DNA of 64,000 nucleotides from an uncultured Bacilli bacterium (GTDB lineage Bacteria; Bacillota_I; Bacilli_A; RF39; UBA660): NCBI GenBank assembly GCA_944358675.1, contig CALVRN010000004.1, positions 10,276 to 74,275 of the forward strand, read 5' to 3'. Shown piece by piece: positions 58,678 to 64,000 of this stretch (position 1 is its first letter; each line of letters starts with the position of its first letter). The notes under the pieces were generated by a model. It saw only the letters and a program-made list of their open reading frames with translations, ran no database searches and was not told where the DNA came from. The position numbers and the translations under genes were made by a program.

Positions 58678-60290
58678 ATGGAAAAAATAAAGAAACATAA
58701 AAAGAAAATATTGGTGGGATTTTTAATTTTAATAGTACTGACGTGTGCCAGTTTTGGTGGTTATAAATATTATCAGCACTATCAAAATACGAGGTTTGAA
58801 AATTCTAATTGGTTAAGTAGACATATAAATTTGGAGGAAAATAATGATGGGGTTTATGAAGTAAATACAGTTAATACTGATGAAGATATATCTATTTTTA
58901 ATTTAGTTTATCAAGATACTGTAGAAAGTAAAATTAAAGAATTAGAAGAAAAAATAACTATTCTTTAGAAAATCCATTAATTATTTACAATCCATATGGT
59001 ACGGGAATTCTTTCATATTATGTTTATTTAGGTGAGAGTTATGATAATTTAAGTTATAAAGTAAGTACTGATGGTTATGCTGATTATAGTCATGATTTGG
59101 GTGATAATAAGGAATATCAATTAGTTGGATTTATTCCAGGTGAGACAAACACTTTAAGTATAACTAATGGAAATATAACTTTTGAGACTGAAATTACTAC
59201 TCCAGAAATTGAAGATGATATTGATATTCAGGTTGAAAAAACAGACGGAGATAGTAATAATGAATTAACTGATGGATTATATACAGTACTTGGACATGAT
59301 AAAAATTATGAGGCAAATATTTATTTATATGATAATGAAGGAATTTTGAGAAATGAACTCGTTTTAAATGATTATAGGGCTGACAGAATTATTTTTGATG
59401 GGGATGATATGTATTATCCTTATGAAAGCCGCGGTATTATGAAGGTTAATTCTTTAGGTAAGATTGCGAGGATGTATGATCTTGGAAAATATAGAATGCA
59501 TCACGATATGATTTTAGATGGAAATAAATTAGTTATTTTAGTAGATGAGGTTGGATCTGATACTAAAGAAGATGTAATTATTACTTTAGATTTAGAGTCT
59601 GGTGATGTTAAAGAAGTAGTTGATATGAAAGATTTACTTCCAGAGCTTTATGAAAAAGCTATTTTACCAGAAGATAATGAGACATTAGATTGGATTCATT
59701 TGAATTGTTTAACCCTTAAAGGTGATGATTTGATTTTAAGTGCTAGAGAAATTTCAACAATTGTTTATGTATCTGATTATGAAACTAACCCTACTATTAA
59801 GTATTTAATTACTGATGAAAGTATGCTTGACGGAACATCTTATGATGATTTACTTTATGATAAAATTGGTGATTTTGTAGATACTGCTGGTCAGCATTCG
59901 GTTACTTATATTCCAGGAGAATCTGATAGTGAATATTATTTGATTATGTTTAATAATAACTATGGTTCTATCGTGACAAGACCAGACTTTGAATGGACTA
60001 ACTACCCTGGTGTTGGAAGTTATGAAGAAGGAGATACATCATATTTCTATATGTATAAGATTAATGAGGATGATAAAACTTATGAACTTGAAGATAGTTT
60101 GGAAATTCCTTATTCAAGTATTGTCAGCAGTGTTCAATTTGTAGATGATAATTTAGTTGTTGGTAGTGGAATGGATAATTCCTTTGGAGAATATGATGAA
60201 GATGGCAATTTAATTAGTCAGTTTAGATACGAGGCTAAAAAATATGCTTATAGAGTGTTTAAATATTCATTTGATAATTGGTTTAATTAG
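58678..60290 (+). pseudogene. Aryl-sulfate sulfotransferase (ASST-family) gene, frame broken in an A6 run
   Basis: The signal-anchor ORF ends at 58968. The -1 frame continues ENPLIIYNPYGTGILSYYVY...LDWIHLNC...AGQHSV. One extra A in 58949..58954 fuses the two. Confidence 0.7.
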
Positions 60291-60317
60291 AAAAGACTTA
60301 CGATTAATTTCGTAAGT

Positions 60318-62345
60318 CTATTTTGTATAATCACATTTGCTACATTTAATTGTTCCTTTTTTTTCTGTAAGCATTTCACCACACTCTGGACATTTTTCGC
60401 CAGTTGGCATATCCCAATATGCGGTTTTACATTTTGGATAGTTATTACATCCATAGAAGATTTTTCCTTTTCTTGTTTTCTTTTCAATTATTTTTCCATC
60501 ACAATTTGGGCAATCGCAAATGGTTTTTTCTTCTTTTGGTTCTTGTTTTATATATTTACATTCTGGAAAGTTACTGCAAGCAACAAACTGTCCATATTTA
60601 CCTTTTCTAATTACTAATGGATGGCCACATTCTGGACAGGTTTCGCCAGTTTGCTCTGCTTCTTTTTTAGGTAGTTTATCAAAAGCTTCTTTAATAGCAG
60701 GTTCGAATTCTTTATAAAAATCTTCTAAGACTTTATACCAAACTTCTTTACCTTCAGCAATTTTATCTAAGTCTGTTTCCATATTAGCTGTATATTTTAC
60801 ATTTATTATATGATCAAAACATTCTTGAAGTTTGTCATTTACTTCAAAGCCAATTTCCGTTGGGACAAATTTACGTTCTACCAAATTAACATATCCCCTA
60901 TTTTTAATATTATCAATTATAGCAGCATATGTACTTGGTCTACCTATACCTAATTCATCCATTTCTTTGATAAGTTTTGCTTCAGTATATCTAGCTGGAG
61001 GTTCTGTAAAGTGTTGCTCTTTAGTTATATCATTTGAAACGATTACTTTAGAGTTATATGTATCAAAAGGTGGTAAGATAGTATCTTTAGTTTCCTCGTA
61101 ATCACTATATACTTTTAAATAACCATCAAAGATAATAACACTACCAGTAGCTTTGAAGTTATAATCATTATTATTTAATATAACGGTTGTTCCTTCAACT
61201 TTAGCTGGAGCCATGATACTAGCTAGGGCTCTATAATAAATCAATCTATATAACTTAAATTCATCATCAGTTAAATAAGGTTTTACACTTTCTGGAGTTC
61301 TTTCGATGCTTGTTGGTCTAATGGCTTCATGGGCATCTTGAACATTTTCTGTTTTTTTACTTATTTTAACTGGTCCAGTATATTCTTTACCATATTTATT
61401 TTCGATAAATTTATATGCTTCTGATACAAACTCATTAGAAAGTCTGATTGAATCTGTACGCATATATGTAATTAAACCAACTGTTTCACTTGCTAAATCT
61501 ATACCTTCATATAATTTTTGAGCAATGCTCATGGTTTTTTTAGATGAGAATCTAAGTCTATTTGATGATGTTTGTTGTAATGTACTTGTTGTAAATGGTG
61601 GTTTTGATTGTCTGTTTTTTTGTTTTTTATCGACACTTTCTATTTCAAAGGCTTTAGTTAATTTATCTAAGATGGTATTTGCTTCACTTTCTGTTTTAAT
61701 TTCTATTTTTTTATGGTTATAGGCAAATAAATCGGCTTTAAAATCTTTGAAGTCGGCTTCAATAGTCCAATATTCTTCCGGGTTAAAAGCTTTTATTTCT
61801 CTTTCTCTATCAACAATCAATTTTAAAGCTACACTTTGAACTCTACCAGCAGATGAGCCATCTGTTTTAGACTGTATTAATTTACTTAATCTGAAACCGA
61901 TAATTCTATCTAATATTCTTCTTGTCTCTTGGCTATTGACTAGGTTTTGATCGATTTTACCTTCGTGTTTCATAGCTTCTAAGATAGCATTTTTAGTAAT
62001 CTCGTTAAAGGTAACCCTGCTATAAGGTTTATCTTTTAAACCTAAACAATCATAAAGGTGCCAAGCAATGGCTTCCCCTTCTCTATCGTGATCGGTTGCG
62101 AGATATACTTTGTCAGCTTTTTTAGCTTCTTTTTTTAGTTCATCAATAACACTTTTTTTACCTTTGATTGTCTTATAATCTGGTTTAAAATGGTTTTCGA
62201 TATCGACACCTAAACCGTATTTACCTTTGGTAGATAAATCTCTAATATGGCCTTTACTTGATGATACAACATAGTTATTTCCTAAATATTTACTGATTGA
62301 TTTTACTTTTGTGGGAGACTCCACAATTACTAAATCTTTGCCCAT
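60318..62345 (-). CDS. topA: DNA topoisomerase I
   Basis: TOPRIM LVIVESPTK, active-site region GLITYMRTDS, and three C-terminal CxxC zinc ribbons. Confidence 0.96.
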   Translation of the reverse strand: MGKDLVIVESPTKVKSISKYLGNNYVVSSSKGHIRDLSTKGKYGLGVDIENHFKPDYKTIKGKKSVIDELKKEAKKADKVYLATDHDREGEAIAWHLYDCLGLKDKPYSRVTFNEITKNAILEAMKHEGKIDQNLVNSQETRRILDRIIGFRLSKLIQSKTDGSSAGRVQSVALKLIVDREREIKAFNPEEYWTIEADFKDFKADLFAYNHKKIEIKTESEANTILDKLTKAFEIESVDKKQKNRQSKPPFTTSTLQQTSSNRLRFSSKKTMSIAQKLYEGIDLASETVGLITYMRTDSIRLSNEFVSEAYKFIENKYGKEYTGPVKISKKTENVQDAHEAIRPTSIERTPESVKPYLTDDEFKLYRLIYYRALASIMAPAKVEGTTVILNNNDYNFKATGSVIIFDGYLKVYSDYEETKDTILPPFDTYNSKVIVSNDITKEQHFTEPPARYTEAKLIKEMDELGIGRPSTYAAIIDNIKNRGYVNLVERKFVPTEIGFEVNDKLQECFDHIINVKYTANMETDLDKIAEGKEVWYKVLEDFYKEFEPAIKEAFDKLPKKEAEQTGETCPECGHPLVIRKGKYGQFVACSNFPECKYIKQEPKEEKTICDCPNCDGKIIEKKTRKGKIFYGCNNYPKCKTAYWDMPTGEKCPECGEMLTEKKGTIKCSKCDYTK

Positions 62346-62499
62346 TAGTTCACTTCCTTTTTTTGACTAATATAATTTATACACTAGTTTATGATGAATG
62401 TCAAATATTTTTTCATATTCCATTATATTTTATTTTAATTATTTTTTAACTTAAAAGAAAAAGCCATTTATGAAATGACTTTTGACCTTTGCACCAAAT

Positions 62500-63783
62500 T
62501 TATACGATTATATCATACATAACATTGAAATTTTCATCCACAGTAACTTTTACTTTTTTGGTTAGTTTATCTATGACTACTCCACTGTCATTTGATATTT
62601 CAAAATCTATATTTATTGTTTGCGTACCACTTTTTTTAGGTATTATACTAACTTCATAATTTGTATAATCTACATCATTATTTCTAATAACTAGTTTGGC
62701 TATGTCTGAATCAACCATACCAGGAATGGTTATGTTTTGATAATTTTTATTTTCTATTTCAAAGTTGAAGTGCGCATATTTATATTCTATTTTATATTCA
62801 ATATGATCATAATCCATGTGGTTTAAAATTGCATTAATATTAGTATTATATTCAGAACTATCTAATAATTTTTTGATAGAAAGTTTATCTTTACCATTTA
62901 CTACTACATAAAAATTATCTTTGTCATAACATGTAAAATAGTATTTATATACTTCATCTTCATAAAATAGATTATTGTTTGTGCATTCATCTTTATATTC
63001 GAAAGTTATCGATGGTCTCATCAAGGATTCATATTCATCCATTCTTTTATTAAATAACATTTTTCTATATTGACCTATAGCAATAAATAATATTAAAACA
63101 AATGCGACAAAGCATATAATTATAATTAAAGATATTTTACTTATTTTGTTTTTTTCAAAAAATAATATATTTCTGATTAATAAATCGACACTTTTAAATT
63201 TCAATATTAAATACATTAAAATAGCGCCACTAGTATTAAGCATTATATCATCAATGTCAAAACTACCAGTTTTGGTTAAGTATTGCATAACCTCTATTCC
63301 AAGTGAACACAGTAACAATGTTATTAAGAAAATAAAGGGGTTATTTTGTTTTTTAAATACATATTTAAGGAAAAACGAAAGTGGCATTAAACATATAAAA
63401 TTACCGAGTAAATTTAAAATAGGTTTGCTTCCCATTATGCTGTCAAAATCTTTAAGATACATTTTTATAGTTGAAAATGGTGTTAAATTCATTTCTACAG
63501 CTATATTGCTTCTATGCCACCATTGATTTAAGAATAAAAAGTAGAATAAGAGTGCTAGATACATTATAAAAAATAAATATAAATTAAATTTTAAGATTTT
63601 CTTGTTGCCGGTTTCTTTTGAATAAAAGTAACCACCAATATATATTAGTAGACAGGCAATTAATAACAGAAATATTGTTACTAGTTCTGATATTTCAATA
63701 AAACTTGTTATAAGTATATCCATCAATATTAAAAAGATTGCGGATGCGTAAAGTATAAAACTTTTGTTTTTTAATTTTTCCAT
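62500..63783 (-). CDS. VanZ-like membrane protein with a C-terminal extracytoplasmic domain
   Basis: GSFDIDDIMLNTSGAILMY VanZ motif and a polytopic N-terminal half. Confidence 0.7.
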   Translation of the reverse strand: MEKLKNKSFILYASAIFLILMDILITSFIEISELVTIFLLLIACLLIYIGGYFYSKETGNKKILKFNLYLFFIMYLALLFYFLFLNQWWHRSNIAVEMNLTPFSTIKMYLKDFDSIMGSKPILNLLGNFICLMPLSFFLKYVFKKQNNPFIFLITLLLCSLGIEVMQYLTKTGSFDIDDIMLNTSGAILMYLILKFKSVDLLIRNILFFEKNKISKISLIIIICFVAFVLILFIAIGQYRKMLFNKRMDEYESLMRPSITFEYKDECTNNNLFYEDEVYKYYFTCYDKDNFYVVVNGKDKLSIKKLLDSSEYNTNINAILNHMDYDHIEYKIEYKYAHFNFEIENKNYQNITIPGMVDSDIAKLVIRNNDVDYTNYEVSIIPKKSGTQTINIDFEISNDSGVVIDKLTKKVKVTVDENFNVMYDIIV

Positions 63784-63923
63784 AAATCCTCCAAATAGTT
63801 CATAAGGTTATTTTGTAGTGTTTTTTTTAACATTAAACTTTTTGAGTCCTATCTTACCTCCTTTTAGGTCATTATATCACTATATATAAAAAATAAAGCG
63901 TGCAGAAATGGCACACCTTTATT

Positions 63924-64000
63924 TTATAGATATTCATTTATATATTTTATGTAATAATTATAAATATCTTTTGCTTTATTACACTTTTTAGTATAACAAT
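63924..64000 (-). CDS. 3' end of an unidentified gene (partial)
   Basis: The minus-strand frame is open from the window edge to TAA at 63924..63926, followed by a hairpin plus T-run. Only 25 codons are visible. Confidence 0.3.
   Translation of the reverse strand, partial: CYTKKCNKAKDIYNYYIKYINEYL

Overview
Strongly AT-rich, low-GC Gram-positive (Bacillota, Erysipelotrichia/Clostridia-like) chromosomal segment using the standard genetic code (UGA is a stop). It holds about 75 genes, most on the minus strand.

**Housekeeping backbone:** mutS, ylbL/ylbJ, an ogt-tag operon, a P-type cation ATPase, ackA-folD, ftsY-ylxM, RNase J, enolase, topA and three tRNAs (Glu-CUC, Arg-CCG, Arg-UCU).

**Accessory content:**
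- The end of a Tad (CpaF/TadZ/TadE) pilus operon.
- A divergent GspE/PilB ATPase plus prepilin-like genes, one of them fused to DUF285/BspA-type leucine-rich repeats.
- Three membrane-tethered XRE regulators with ABC and redox neighbours.
- An array of four YhcG/DUF1016 PD-(D/E)xK nuclease paralogues: two intact, one with a nonsense mutation, one deleted.
- A GntR-ABC module.
- Two copies of a conserved module made of a promoter, a 5' UTR, a 25-28 aa hydrophobic peptide and a hairpin (type I toxin-like).
- A HerA/DUF87-like ATPase with two small partner genes, sitting where ffh normally follows ylxM.
- Three tandem divergent coiled-coil paralogues behind an APH-like kinase and a Nudix hydrolase.
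- A 6.3-kb element integrated in tRNA-Arg(UCU), bounded by a 50-bp direct repeat. It carries excisionase-like, RepL-like and XRE genes plus duplicated secreted-protein cassettes, but no recognisable integrase.

**Caveats:** Four reading frames are broken exactly at A6/A7 homopolymers, which looks more like assembly error than biology. No CRISPR array, rRNA or reverse transcriptase was seen. All family names come from motif recognition by eye; no database search was run.
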